Assembly: GCF_963678865.1 (NCBI RefSeq)
Contig: NZ_OY787459.1
Span: 3,629,381-3,693,380 of the forward strand
From: Maridesulfovibrio sp.
Lineage (GTDB): Bacteria > Desulfobacterota > Desulfovibrionia > Desulfovibrionales > Desulfovibrionaceae
Length of the DNA stretch: 64,000 bases
Direction: 5' to 3'
Shown: positions 46,357 to 55,516 of the stretch, piece after piece
How the letters are laid out: each line of letters opens with the position of its first letter
Position numbering within the stretch: the stretch's first letter is position 1
Made by a program: the position numbers and the translations under genes
The notes under the pieces: generated by a model
The model's input: only the letters and a program-made list of their open reading frames with translations
Told to the model about the DNA's origin: nothing
Databases searched by the model: none

Positions 46357-48141
46357 TCAGAATTCCCTTTCCATATGTGAAGCAATAAGCGTTTCCGAAT
46401 CCACCACAAGTGCATCATGTTCCCCCATCATGCCGAAGCCGAGGATAGGCAGCTTATAAATGGTGTTTACGGGAAGGGTGAATCCGGTGACTACTGCTTT
46501 CTGCTGGCGCAGGACTTCATCAACCATGATTGCAGCTACAGTGTCACCCATCTTTACAAGGATAACTTTTGGAATGACTTCATCATCCGGTTCCGGGAGG
46601 TCAAAAACCTTGTACATGCGTATCAGTGGATGAACCTTGCCGCGAACGGAAACTGTTTCCCGTCCATCGGGCAGGTCTGTGAATTCTTTTTCCACGGGTT
46701 CGTATACTTCAAGGACTTCCCGACTGGGAAAGATGAAAGTTTCAGGTCCGACTGTGGTGACCAGTGCGTCCACAATGCCTTCATTTACAGAACGGCTTAA
46801 GGGAATGGCTATGGTGAAGGTTGATCCTGCGCCAAGTTCGCTGGAGATGGATACCTTACCGTCCAATGTGTTCTGGATAGCAGTCACTACCGCATCCATA
46901 CCGACTCCGCGTCCGGAAATATCTGTTACTGCGCTGGCAGTGGAGAAACCGGACTGGAGGATGAACTCATAAATTTCTTCCTTGGTGTAATCAATTTCAG
47001 GATCGGCTAGCCCACGTTCCAGAGCTTTATTGAGCAGTATGTCCGCATCAAGCCCCTTACCGTCATCTATGATTTCAATGTAGGCGAAATCTCCTTTGCG
47101 GAAAGCATTCAGCTGAACCTTGCCGACTTCGTCCTTGCCGCACATCTGGCGGTCCTCGGAAGATTCTATTCCGTGGTCGAGGGCATTGCGCAGCAGGTGG
47201 ACCAGCGGTTCATTCAGGCATTCCACAATGGTCTTGTCCAAGGCCAGTTCCTCACCGGCGGTGGTAAATTTGATGCGTTTGTTGAGCTTTTGGGAGGTTG
47301 ATTTGACCAGTCTGTGCATGGGCATGAAGATTTGTTTCAGCGGCACCAGTCTGATTTCATCAACTTCTGATTGCAGATTGCGGATTACCTTATCCAGTTC
47401 GGACAGGCTGGAGGAAATTTTGGAAATATTATCCGTTTTGGTCTGGGCAATGACTGCGTAGGTAACCATAAGTTTACCAACTAACTCTATCAGTGAATCC
47501 AGCTGTTGGGTGGAAACACGGATGGATGAAATTGCCTGTGCATCTTTCTTTTTAGCGGAGGCAGGCTGGACTTTGCTGCTTTTTTCCTTTTCCGGAATCT
47601 GTTTGGCTGCTGCAGCCGGGATTTGGTCATTTTGCGGATCAGCAGTTATTTCCGGTTTATGAAGGCTGTCTTCAGGACCACCGGAAGGTTCCTGTGCCGG
47701 CTCTTCGACTTTTTCCCAGCCATCCGCTTCGTCCGGAATTTCTCCGGTCATTGCCAGCATCTCGGCCATCATTTCCTGTTCGTACTGATCCGGCGCATTT
47801 GCGAGGCCTTCACGGGATTTAAAGTCACATTCCGGTTCGGCTTCTTTTTTTGAATCAACGGGCGCGCCGCCATGATCCAGCAGTCCTCCGATGCAGTAGA
47901 AGAATTTTTTCTGGGCTTCACTGATATCCAGCAGGGCGGTGATAAGTTCCGGAGTTATGGTAGTGATGCCGTCAGCCAGCATGTCCATGAGGGCGATTAT
48001 CTGTGCCGACCTCATTTGGGCATTATCAAGGCCCGTAGCCCTTAAGATATCATTAATATCACCTGAGCCGTGCTCAAGAGCGATAATTGATTCTTGAAGC
48101 TGGCTAATGCAACTGGAAATACTGTCCTTCATTCTCTTCAA
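46357..48141 (-). CDS. cheA: CheA-family histidine kinase lacking a functional Hpt (P1) domain (P3-P4-P5 core)
   Basis: The dimerisation region is IRVSTQQLDSLIELVGKL. HATPase boxes are HLLRNALDHGIE, DDGKGL and GRGVGMD. A CheW-like C-terminal domain is present. The N-terminal ~100 aa are helical and have no HxxKG phosphorylation motif. Confidence 0.88.
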   Translation of the reverse strand: MKRMKDSISSCISQLQESIIALEHGSGDINDILRATGLDNAQMRSAQIIALMDMLADGITTITPELITALLDISEAQKKFFYCIGGLLDHGGAPVDSKKEAEPECDFKSREGLANAPDQYEQEMMAEMLAMTGEIPDEADGWEKVEEPAQEPSGGPEDSLHKPEITADPQNDQIPAAAAKQIPEKEKSSKVQPASAKKKDAQAISSIRVSTQQLDSLIELVGKLMVTYAVIAQTKTDNISKISSSLSELDKVIRNLQSEVDEIRLVPLKQIFMPMHRLVKSTSQKLNKRIKFTTAGEELALDKTIVECLNEPLVHLLRNALDHGIESSEDRQMCGKDEVGKVQLNAFRKGDFAYIEIIDDGKGLDADILLNKALERGLADPEIDYTKEEIYEFILQSGFSTASAVTDISGRGVGMDAVVTAIQNTLDGKVSISSELGAGSTFTIAIPLSRSVNEGIVDALVTTVGPETFIFPSREVLEVYEPVEKEFTDLPDGRETVSVRGKVHPLIRMYKVFDLPEPDDEVIPKVILVKMGDTVAAIMVDEVLRQQKAVVTGFTLPVNTIYKLPILGFGMMGEHDALVVDSETLIASHMEREF

Positions 48142-48875
48142 ACTCCGGTGTTGTTCAGGAAGCTTTCCCTGCTTTCAAAAACAGTCAGATACCGTTGGAA
48201 GCCCCATGAATAAAATGTGCTCATGCAATGGCTGTTCATGCCGGTTATACCTATATCACAGGTCTCGGAATATGAAGCTATAAGTTCGAAAAATGCTGAC
48301 CCTACGGAGACTGCTGCTCCGAGATCAAAAAGAAGTCTGTTCTCGTAATTCACGGATTGCAGATTTTGGTCAACTATTTCAAGTTGTTTGGTGTTGTAAA
48401 GCCTGCTTACTTTCAGGTTCAGTATTTGCGCGCCCGGGAAATTTTCAATTTCCAAGGGGTCTATGTCTGATTCATCAACCCCTGCCGCCTTGGGACCGCC
48501 ACCGGAGAGCCGGGCTTCAATCTCGTCCGTGAGGGTCTGGTCATAGCTGCCGGATTCCCGCAGCTGCTCAATGAGCATGAAGATTGTGTTTACGGATTCG
48601 ATGGCGAGGGCGATCTGCATGAGATCATGTTCAACCTCTCCGGCCTGCATTTTTTTTAGAAAATCTTCCACTTTGTGGGTAAAGGTGGAGGCTGGTTCAA
48701 ATCCGGACATAAAACCGGTGACGCCTTTGATGGTGTGCAGTGGGCGTGAAAGAACCTCGATTCCTTCTTCGATGCGTTGTTCGTCAAGGAGATCTATACC
48801 TTCCAGTACCTGAGGATAGTACTTGTCGTTTACTTCTGAGAAGAATTCTTCAACAAGGGAATCATCTTCACTCAT
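48138..48875 (-). CDS. Hpt domain protein with a C-terminal STAS-like domain
   Basis: The N-terminal part, LSRPLHTIKGVTGFMSGF, is the Hpt HxxKG motif. The C-terminal ~100 aa have a STAS-like alpha/beta pattern, a weaker call. Its stop overlaps the cheA-like start (ATGA). Confidence 0.72.
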   Translation of the reverse strand: MSEDDSLVEEFFSEVNDKYYPQVLEGIDLLDEQRIEEGIEVLSRPLHTIKGVTGFMSGFEPASTFTHKVEDFLKKMQAGEVEHDLMQIALAIESVNTIFMLIEQLRESGSYDQTLTDEIEARLSGGGPKAAGVDESDIDPLEIENFPGAQILNLKVSRLYNTKQLEIVDQNLQSVNYENRLLFDLGAAVSVGSAFFELIASYSETCDIGITGMNSHCMSTFYSWGFQRYLTVFESRESFLNNTGV

Positions 48876-48899
48876 CGCGTGTGCTCCGTCAGCCGCTGT

Positions 48900-49295
48900 T
48901 TATTTATTCATCAGCCCGATTTTTTCTAGTTCTTTATACAGTTTTTCACGTTCAACCGGTTTTACTATGAATGCGGATGCTTCAACGTCGTGAAAGGATC
49001 GTATTACTGTTTTGGGATCATCAAGTGCGGTGGTCATAATCACTCTGCAGTGCTTGGTAATCCCTTTTTTCTTTTCATAGGCCCTGATTTCTTCAAGTGC
49101 AGACAGCCCGTCCTGCTTTGGCATCATTATGTCCATAAGTATAAGCGTGTACGGCTCATTTTCCTCGCAGGCCAGTTTGAAAGCTTCGACCGCCTCTTTC
49201 CCGTCTACAGCGATGTCTATCGCGAAAAGCGGGGCAAGAAAGGTTGAGAGCAGTTTTCGTCCTACAAATTCATCCTCGGCAATCAGCGCGCGCAT
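48900..49295 (-). CDS. single-domain CheY-like response regulator
   Basis: ALIAEDE...LILMDIMMPKQDG...VKP is a REC pattern. The ATG at 49295 has GGAGG 5 nt upstream; the track start at 49322 is a TTG. Confidence 0.85.
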   Translation of the reverse strand: MRALIAEDEFVGRKLLSTFLAPLFAIDIAVDGKEAVEAFKLACEENEPYTLILMDIMMPKQDGLSALEEIRAYEKKKGITKHCRVIMTTALDDPKTVIRSFHDVEASAFIVKPVEREKLYKELEKIGLMNK

Positions 49296-49452
49296 TAATT
49301 CCTCCATGCAAAAATAGATCAACTTAAATGATTACATATCATTTTTTTTAAATCAATAAAATGTCAATATCTATGATGATACTTGAAGCATAAATTTACG
49401 TCGACCCCAACTGCCCTTGCAAACTTGCCAAAGGTTGGGTACGCAGTACGCC

Positions 49453-50043
49453 ATGGAAAGACAGAGAACACCTCAAAGAGAAGCAAGGGTCAGGGAAGTG
49501 CTGGCAAAGCGCCAGAAGGATTTCACGCTTATTATTGATAATGTATGGGATCCTCACAATGTTTCAGCCATCCTTAGAAGTTGTGACGCCTTCGGCATTT
49601 ATGGCATTCACCTTTATTATACTGTGTCTCAATGGCCGGAGCTGGCGAAAAAATCTTCCGCTTCCGGCAAGAAGTGGGTTGAGCGGACCAGACATACTGA
49701 TCCTGTAAAGATGGTCGGTGGATTGCGTGAGCAGGGGTATCAGGTTCTGCGTACCGGTTTTTCCGAAACAGCAAGGCCGCTTATGGATTTTGATCTCAGC
49801 ATCCCTTCGGCTGTGATTCTCAGCAATGAACACAGCGGAACCGCCCCGGAGCTTGCCGAGCTGGTGCCTGATGAAGTGTACATCCCCATGCAGGGTATGA
49901 TCCAGAGTTTTAATGTCTCCGTTGCCGCTGCGCTTATTTTGTACCATGGTTTTTCCCAGAGATTCGCCAAGGGCATGTATGACAGTCCGTCTTTTTCTCC
50001 GGAAGAGATGGAGAAACTTACAGCGGAATGGTTAGCACGCTAA
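49453..50043 (+). CDS. SpoU/TrmH-family RNA 2'-O-methyltransferase
   Basis: LIIDNVWDPHNVSAILRSCDAFG, LSNEHSG and IPMQGMIQSFNVSVAAALILY are SPOUT motifs. I prefer the ATG at 49453. Confidence 0.85.
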   Translation: MERQRTPQREARVREVLAKRQKDFTLIIDNVWDPHNVSAILRSCDAFGIYGIHLYYTVSQWPELAKKSSASGKKWVERTRHTDPVKMVGGLREQGYQVLRTGFSETARPLMDFDLSIPSAVILSNEHSGTAPELAELVPDEVYIPMQGMIQSFNVSVAAALILYHGFSQRFAKGMYDSPSFSPEEMEKLTAEWLAR

Positions 50044-50047
50044 AGCC

Positions 50048-51715
50048 TTAAAGTTTTTCAGCCAATTCCGTCCATTTATGCTCGACATCTTTCCAGAGGC
50101 GGGAGATGTCCCGGCTGAAAAGAGTGTTCAGGTCCTGTTCGCTGTATTTGCTCTCCAGTTTTATTTTGTTGCCGAAAACCTGAGCCATGGAACGCACATT
50201 GCTTGCCTTGGCAAGGCTTGAGTGCTGGATGTGTCCGATGCGCAGCTGTCCGGCGTATATGTGCTCATATCCGCCCAGCGCGGCACGCAGGTCCCGTTCA
50301 AGATCATCGAATTGAGTGGGATTGAAACGTACATCAAACGGGCCGCACTTATGGATGGCCTCCATGTTCAGCATGTGGCAGCAGCCCGAAACGTGCATTG
50401 CCGGGCGGGTATATGAAAACTGTCCGTAATCAAAGCCGTTGCGGCAGCTGTCAAAGATCTTGATTCGTTCGGTAAGCCCTTCGATCTGGGAGGTCCCGTT
50501 TCCGGGAGGAAAAAGGTGGTAGTCCGCAGATTGCAGAGAGCGCGGGGTTCCGGTTGAGGTTATGCGGCAGCCTACGGCGCCGGGGTCTTTATATTTGTCA
50601 GCTGTTGCCAGCAATTCTTCCAGCCAGTCGGACTCCAGCTCCACATCATCATCCAGGAATACTGCCCATTTGGCTTTGCGTACTTCCGGGTCTGCCAGAA
50701 GCCAGTTCCGTGCTGCCGGGGCACCCACGTTAACCTGCAGTTGTATTTTCTTGTAGTATCCCTGTTTGAAAAGATACTGAGCTTCATTCATAACCTGCCC
50801 GGTGTTGTCGTCAGAGCCGTTGTTCAAAGCATAAATACGCGCTTTTCCAATTTTTGATGCGGCCAGGTTTTTCAGGGTATTCTCAATGAGTTTTCCGTTA
50901 TTCCATGAGTAGAGCAGTATGGCTGCCTCATCAGATTTTTCAAGGGCGCGTCCGGTCTCAATCGGGTTGAGCTGGCTGTGCAGTTTCTGCCCCCAGTTCA
51001 GGTTCCAGAAGTTGTTTTTCCATAGTTCGGCCAGTATTGCCGTCCCTTCATCTTTCTGCCCGGAGCGCAGCAGCAGTTCCGAATGCATGTAGTCCATCCA
51101 CAGGGACCAGATGTCGTGGTCCAGCTTTTTCAGCTCATGCAGGGTTTCATCAATAGCCCCGTACAAAAAATTGAACTGTACTTTAAGTATTTGTTTAAGC
51201 TGGCTAAAATCATCATCCCATTTGACTAGATCCAAAGCTGTCCGAGGTAGCTCTGCGTTTCCCATGCGCAAAAGGGTGTCCCATGAATGGGCCAGCCAGT
51301 TCAGGCCGTCTGTTCCGCGAAGCAGCGGAAAAAGATGGCGGACAATCAGAGCCTGATCTCCGGCCTGAAGTAGATTGTCAAGATCCTGCAGGGGGATCTC
51401 GCTGACCGGGGCGGATATAATTTTCTGTAAAATTCTGATTAGGGCCGCCGGCAGGCATGCGGAATCGTTAAGACCCATGCATTTTGCCGCAGCACTGCGG
51501 TCAAGCGGGTTCTGTTGCCATGCGAGCAGAGCCAGTCCTGATCCCGCATCCGAGAACATGGGCGTTGCTGTTGAGAAATGCTGGAAAGCATTGATCATGC
51601 CGTTTTGGTGGGATAATTCTTCGGTTCCCAATACCCAGAGAGGGATGGAATCTTTTACAGCTGCAAGAAATGAATTTATTTTTTGTGCACTGAAATTATT
51701 TATAATGGCAACCAT
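50048..51715 (-). CDS. glycosyltransferase family 2 with a ~270-aa N-terminal helical domain
   Basis: A GT-A core (ILLYSWNNGKLIENTLKNL...NNGSDDNT) and a DxD motif (FLDDDVE). 555 aa. Confidence 0.78.
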   Translation of the reverse strand: MVAIINNFSAQKINSFLAAVKDSIPLWVLGTEELSHQNGMINAFQHFSTATPMFSDAGSGLALLAWQQNPLDRSAAAKCMGLNDSACLPAALIRILQKIISAPVSEIPLQDLDNLLQAGDQALIVRHLFPLLRGTDGLNWLAHSWDTLLRMGNAELPRTALDLVKWDDDFSQLKQILKVQFNFLYGAIDETLHELKKLDHDIWSLWMDYMHSELLLRSGQKDEGTAILAELWKNNFWNLNWGQKLHSQLNPIETGRALEKSDEAAILLYSWNNGKLIENTLKNLAASKIGKARIYALNNGSDDNTGQVMNEAQYLFKQGYYKKIQLQVNVGAPAARNWLLADPEVRKAKWAVFLDDDVELESDWLEELLATADKYKDPGAVGCRITSTGTPRSLQSADYHLFPPGNGTSQIEGLTERIKIFDSCRNGFDYGQFSYTRPAMHVSGCCHMLNMEAIHKCGPFDVRFNPTQFDDLERDLRAALGGYEHIYAGQLRIGHIQHSSLAKASNVRSMAQVFGNKIKLESKYSEQDLNTLFSRDISRLWKDVEHKWTELAEKL

Positions 51716-51910
51716 CTATTATCTCCATATGTTCTGATGCTGATTGCATTTTATTAAGCCAAAGCAGAGACAAAGTCATGCAGCTTCTGCGTGTTTTGCT
51801 GTAGTTCTTCAATAATGATAATTCAGGCAGACCAAAAGATGCTGGACATAAGGCATAAAACTGGTATTAGTAGTCGCTCCGTATGCCGTGATGTATTTGG
51901 AGTTAAAGTT

Positions 51911-52519
51911 ATGAGTGAGCAGGAAGCTGTAGACATCATAAGAACTGGGGGAGTTTTGGTTTACCCCACGGAAACCCTTTTTGCCGTTGGCGCCGATGCC
52001 ATGGACGAGAGGGCTGCAAACCGTGTTGCCCGAATAAAGGACCGCCCTGTTTCCAAACCTCTGCCTCTGATAATAGGCAGTATTGAGCAGCTTGATCTGG
52101 TTACGGAAACAATTTCTCCTGAACTTCTGAAGCTTACCCGTATTTTTTGGCCCGGTCCGCTTTCCATTCTGGTCAAAGCCCGTGAAGAGCTTCCCTCCGC
52201 CGTGAAGGATTCCAGAGGATATACTTCCGTGCGTTGGACCGAACATCCTCTGGCTGCCAGCCTTTGCCTCAAGGCCCACACTCCTCTAATTGCCACAAGT
52301 GCAAACATGAGCGGAAAGCCCGGTACCGGGGTTGCCGAAGAGCTGGATGAAGAGTTGACCATGATGGTGGAGGGCGTTTTCAATGCCCAGCCTGGTCCTA
52401 AGGGCGGAGAGCCTTCTACAGTTGTGGAGCCTTTGTCGGGAAACCGGATTAAGATTTATCGGGATGGGGTGGTCTCACGTTTGGCGCTTGCCCGTGCCGG
52501 ATTTGTAATTATAGATTAA
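51911..52519 (+). CDS. tsaC: L-threonylcarbamoyladenylate synthase (TsaC/YrdC family)
   Basis: VLVYPTETLFAVGADA, IKDRPVSKPLPL and ATSANMSGKP are YrdC motifs. The ATG at 51911 has GGAG upstream. Confidence 0.9.
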   Translation: MSEQEAVDIIRTGGVLVYPTETLFAVGADAMDERAANRVARIKDRPVSKPLPLIIGSIEQLDLVTETISPELLKLTRIFWPGPLSILVKAREELPSAVKDSRGYTSVRWTEHPLAASLCLKAHTPLIATSANMSGKPGTGVAEELDEELTMMVEGVFNAQPGPKGGEPSTVVEPLSGNRIKIYRDGVVSRLALARAGFVIID

Positions 52520-52546
52520 AAATTTTCTGGATAATGATTTTTTATG

Positions 52547-52575
52547 GCCTGTCCTCAAATGAGGGCAGGCTTTTT
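52547..52575 (+). terminator. intrinsic terminator of tsaC
   Basis: GCCTGTCCTC-AAAT-GAGGGCAGGC hairpin followed by TTTTT. Confidence 0.85.
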
Positions 52576-52745
52576 GATTTTAGATCGGTAAAAAATATTT
52601 TACTCCCGATCCTGTGTTTTCAGGTTAACCTGCGGTGGGGTAAAAAAATTTAAACCAATAAGTGTTTTTTTAGACTGTAGCTGCTGTTTGTATTTATATA
52701 GTTATTACAGTGTTTTATGTTTGATATTGCGTGCCTTTATGGGTT

Positions 52746-52761
52746 TGGCACGCCAGTTGCT
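52746..52761 (+). promoter_or_regulatory. sigma-54 (RpoN) -24/-12 promoter, copy 1
   Basis: TGGCACGCCAGTTGCT has exact GG-N10-GC spacing and matches the consensus TGGCACG-N4-TTGCW at every specified position. Confidence 0.72.
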
Positions 52762-52770
52762 AGATAGTAA

Positions 52771-52839
52771 TTACCTTCAAACTTTTGCTGATAAAAATGC
52801 TGAAACGGGCCTCGTCGGAATTACCGACGGGGCCTTTTT
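52771..52839 (+). ncRNA. candidate sigma-54-dependent small RNA, copy 1 (~69 nt)
   Basis: The predicted +1 lies about 11-12 nt after the -12 GC. The 5' end is UUACCUUCAAAC, followed by an AU-rich stretch. The transcript ends in the hairpin GGGCCUCGUCGG/CCGACGGGGCC (52807-52834) plus U5. No RBS or plausible ORF is present. The ends are predictions. Confidence 0.55.
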
Positions 52840-53094
52840 CATTTGGGGGTATTTTTTTGAATTTAAATTTTGAAGATGGTCTTGAAACGGCGGTTTCTGA
52901 TTTTTTGAGTTTTTGGCTTTTTTACCGGCTATACCGGTAAAAAATATTTTACTCCCGATCCTGTGTTTTCAGGTTAATCTGCAGTGGGGTAAAAAAATTT
53001 AAACCAATAAGTGCTTTTTCAGATTGTAGCTGCTGTTTGTATTTATATAGTTATTACAGTGTGTTATCTTTGATAATGAGTGTCTTTAGGTGTT

Positions 53095-53110
53095 TGGCAC
53101 GCCAGTTGCT
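53095..53110 (+). promoter_or_regulatory. sigma-54 (RpoN) -24/-12 promoter, copy 2
   Basis: The same TGGCACGCCAGTTGCT sequence. Confidence 0.72.
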
Positions 53111-53119
53111 AGATAGTAA

Positions 53120-53188
53120 TTACCTTCAAACTTTTGCTGATAAAAATGCTGAAACGGGCCTCGTCGGAATTACCGACGGGGCCTTTTT
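53120..53188 (+). ncRNA. candidate sigma-54-dependent small RNA, copy 2 (~69 nt)
   Basis: Identical in sequence to copy 1. Terminator hairpin at 53156-53183 plus U5. Confidence 0.55.
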
Positions 53189-53473
53189 CATTTTGTGAAA
53201 GCGATTTCGGTGCTTTTCAGGCAGCTGTCCGGCTTTGCCGGACAGCCTGATTTCTTGTAAAACTGGGCTCTGTCCTTGATTAGGTAATTATTTCCAGAAA
53301 CGGTTAAATATTTTGAACCTGCGAGAATTGTGTCAACGAAGTGGACTTTAGGAAAAAAATACGGATTCACTTGTAATGAGATTCTATTCGCGGTATTTAC
53401 AAGAAATGATTGTCATTTGTTTTCTATGAAAAAAATAATATATTTGTATCAGATCTAAAGAAAGGCTGTTTTT

Positions 53474-53953
53474 ATGGTCGGCTCAAAACCGTGTCCTCAT
53501 TGCGGAAAAGATGTAGTGCATTACCGCAATCCTGTACCTACTGTTGATGTTGTAATTTATGATCCTGTCCTTGGTGTTGTGCTTATTGAGCGCAATAATC
53601 CTCCCCTTGGCTGGGCCTTGCCCGGCGGATTTGTTGATTATGGGGAGACTCTTGAACATGCTGCCGTGCGCGAGGCAAAAGAGGAAACCGGGCTTGATGT
53701 GGTCCTGACCGGATTGGTGGGGGTCTACTCAATGCCTTGCCGGGATGACCGCCAGCATACCATCAGTATTACCTACAGTGCTGTAACGGCTGATGTTTCG
53801 GCCTTGCAGGCCGGTGATGATGCCGGAGGGGCTCGTTTTTTCAAGTTGGACAGTCTGCCTGATCTGGTTTTTGACCACCGCGATATTCTTGGTGATTTTT
53901 CTTCAAAGCTGATCCGTCTGCAGGATCACGCTGCTGTTGGCAGTAAAAAATAA
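53474..53953 (+). CDS. NUDIX hydrolase with an N-terminal zinc-ribbon motif
   Basis: Nudix box [24 protein letters not shown], plus an N-terminal CPHCG. Confidence 0.88.
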   Translation: MVGSKPCPHCGKDVVHYRNPVPTVDVVIYDPVLGVVLIERNNPPLGWALPGGFVDYGETLEHAAVREAKEETGLDVVLTGLVGVYSMPCRDDRQHTISITYSAVTADVSALQAGDDAGGARFFKLDSLPDLVFDHRDILGDFSSKLIRLQDHAAVGSKK

Positions 53954-53982
53954 TAAGCTGAAAATTGGGGGGAATCTGGGCA

Positions 53983-55431
53983 GTGCATGACATTCTTTAT
54001 GTTACATCTGAAATGTATCCCTTTTCAAAAACAGGTGGCCTTGGTGATGTCATGGGGGCTTTGCCTCCGGCAATCCATGCCAAGGGAGTAAAAACCGCAG
54101 TCATAACCCCTTTTTACGGGCGTATGAATCTTGCCGGTCACAAATTGCGTCTGGTTTATTCCGATCTTCACGTAGGCTATCCGTGGCCCTCCACAACAGC
54201 GGAAATCTACCAGACCGAGTATGAAGGTGTTTCAGTATATTTTGTTTCCCGCGGTGAGTATTTTGACCGCCGACATTATTACAATACCCACACCGGCGAT
54301 TATTTTGATAATTGCGAGCGGTTTATTTTTTTCTGCAAAGCCGTGCTGAAATGGGCGCGCCTGCTGCCTTCGCCTCCGGCAGTGATTCATTCACATGACT
54401 GGCAGTCGGCGCTTGTGCCTCCTTATCTTTATTTTGAGCGGAGGACGGACTCTTTCTGGAAAAATACCAGAAGTGTAACAACGATCCATAACCTTGCCTT
54501 CCAGGGCCGTTTTTCAGAAAGGCTTTTTCATGAATCCGGGTTGCCTGAGGAAGCGTGGGCCATGCACGGGGCAGAATTTTACGGTGACTTGAATATGCTT
54601 AAGGCCAGCGTCGCTTACAGTGACGGCGTGACTACGGTCAGCCCTTCCTACGCGGAAGAGATTCTGGAACCTGAATTCGGTTGCGGACTGGAAGGATTTC
54701 TGAACAGCCAGACCCACAAGCTGCTCGGTATCCTGAATGGTGCGGATTATTCTGTCTGGGATCCTTGTGAGGATATGTTCCTGCCCTGTTGTTACAGTGC
54801 CGAAGATGTTAGCGGAAAACAGGAATGTAAGCGGAGCATGCTACGTGATTTTTACATGTCCGATCAGCTGGAAGATAAGCCGGTACTCGGTTTTATCGGC
54901 CGTTTGCGGGACCAGAAAGGCATTGACTTGCTTATTGACATCCTGCCGAGGCTGATGGAGAAAGATATAGGTGTAATTGTACTGGGCGAGGGTGACCTCG
55001 GTTACGAAGCGCGGCTGCTGGAGTTTATGGAAGAATATCCCGGCCAGTTTTGTGTACAGGTGGGCTATACCGAAGATCTTGCCCATGGAATTCAGGCCGG
55101 TGCGGATATTTTTCTTATGCCTTCCCGTTATGAACCTTGCGGACTGACCCAGATTTATGCTCTGCGTTTCGGCACTCCCCCGGTTGCAACCTCTGTGGGG
55201 GGGCTGCGTGATACCATCACCCCTTACCCGGCAGCGGATGCCACCGGTTTCACTTTTGCAACCCCGGATGCTGATTTGTTTTTTGAAGCGGTGATGCAGG
55301 CCGTGGAGGCTTGGCATGACCGCGAAGAGTGGGAAAAGATGGTTAAGCGGGCTATGCTCAAGGCATTTACCTGGGATAAATCTGCCGGCGAATACATTAA
55401 ACTGTACAGAGAGCTTGGCGCCAGACTATAA
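53983..55431 (+). CDS. glgA: glycogen synthase
   Basis: [20 protein letters not shown] is the GlgA N-terminal signature, and the GT5 C-terminus is [14 protein letters not shown] prefer the GTG at 53983 by alignment to typical GlgA starts; the track start is a TTG at 53965. Confidence 0.93.
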   Translation: MHDILYVTSEMYPFSKTGGLGDVMGALPPAIHAKGVKTAVITPFYGRMNLAGHKLRLVYSDLHVGYPWPSTTAEIYQTEYEGVSVYFVSRGEYFDRRHYYNTHTGDYFDNCERFIFFCKAVLKWARLLPSPPAVIHSHDWQSALVPPYLYFERRTDSFWKNTRSVTTIHNLAFQGRFSERLFHESGLPEEAWAMHGAEFYGDLNMLKASVAYSDGVTTVSPSYAEEILEPEFGCGLEGFLNSQTHKLLGILNGADYSVWDPCEDMFLPCCYSAEDVSGKQECKRSMLRDFYMSDQLEDKPVLGFIGRLRDQKGIDLLIDILPRLMEKDIGVIVLGEGDLGYEARLLEFMEEYPGQFCVQVGYTEDLAHGIQAGADIFLMPSRYEPCGLTQIYALRFGTPPVATSVGGLRDTITPYPAADATGFTFATPDADLFFEAVMQAVEAWHDREEWEKMVKRAMLKAFTWDKSAGEYIKLYRELGARL

Positions 55432-55516
55432 TGTCTTCCTGTTTTTCAGAAGTTTAAAAAATTATACAAGCTGTTGAATGTATATAAATTCCAGCAATCC
55501 AGAGGATTTAAACCCG

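Larger units (their letters stand above)
52586..52844 (+). repeat. tandem direct repeat, copy 1 (upstream-site region, sigma-54 promoter, short transcript, terminator)
   Basis: The 259-bp unit recurs at 52935..53193 with a 349-bp period. By hand alignment there are 12 substitutions in total and no indels. Confidence 0.95.
52935..53193 (+). repeat. tandem direct repeat, copy 2
   Basis: See copy 1. The 99 bp from TGGCAC to the end of the terminator are identical between the copies. Confidence 0.95.

Noticed and set aside
52688-52873. 61-aa ORF covering copy 1 of the tandem repeat
   Set aside because: It reads straight through the sigma-54 promoter and the terminator hairpin and has no RBS. 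No ORF of 60 aa or more is listed over copy 2. The conservation pattern fits an RNA/promoter unit, not a protein.
52586-53193. Possible CRISPR array or minisatellite
   Set aside because: There are only two copies of a long (259-bp) unit separated by 90 bp. There are no short repeat/spacer alternation and no cas genes.
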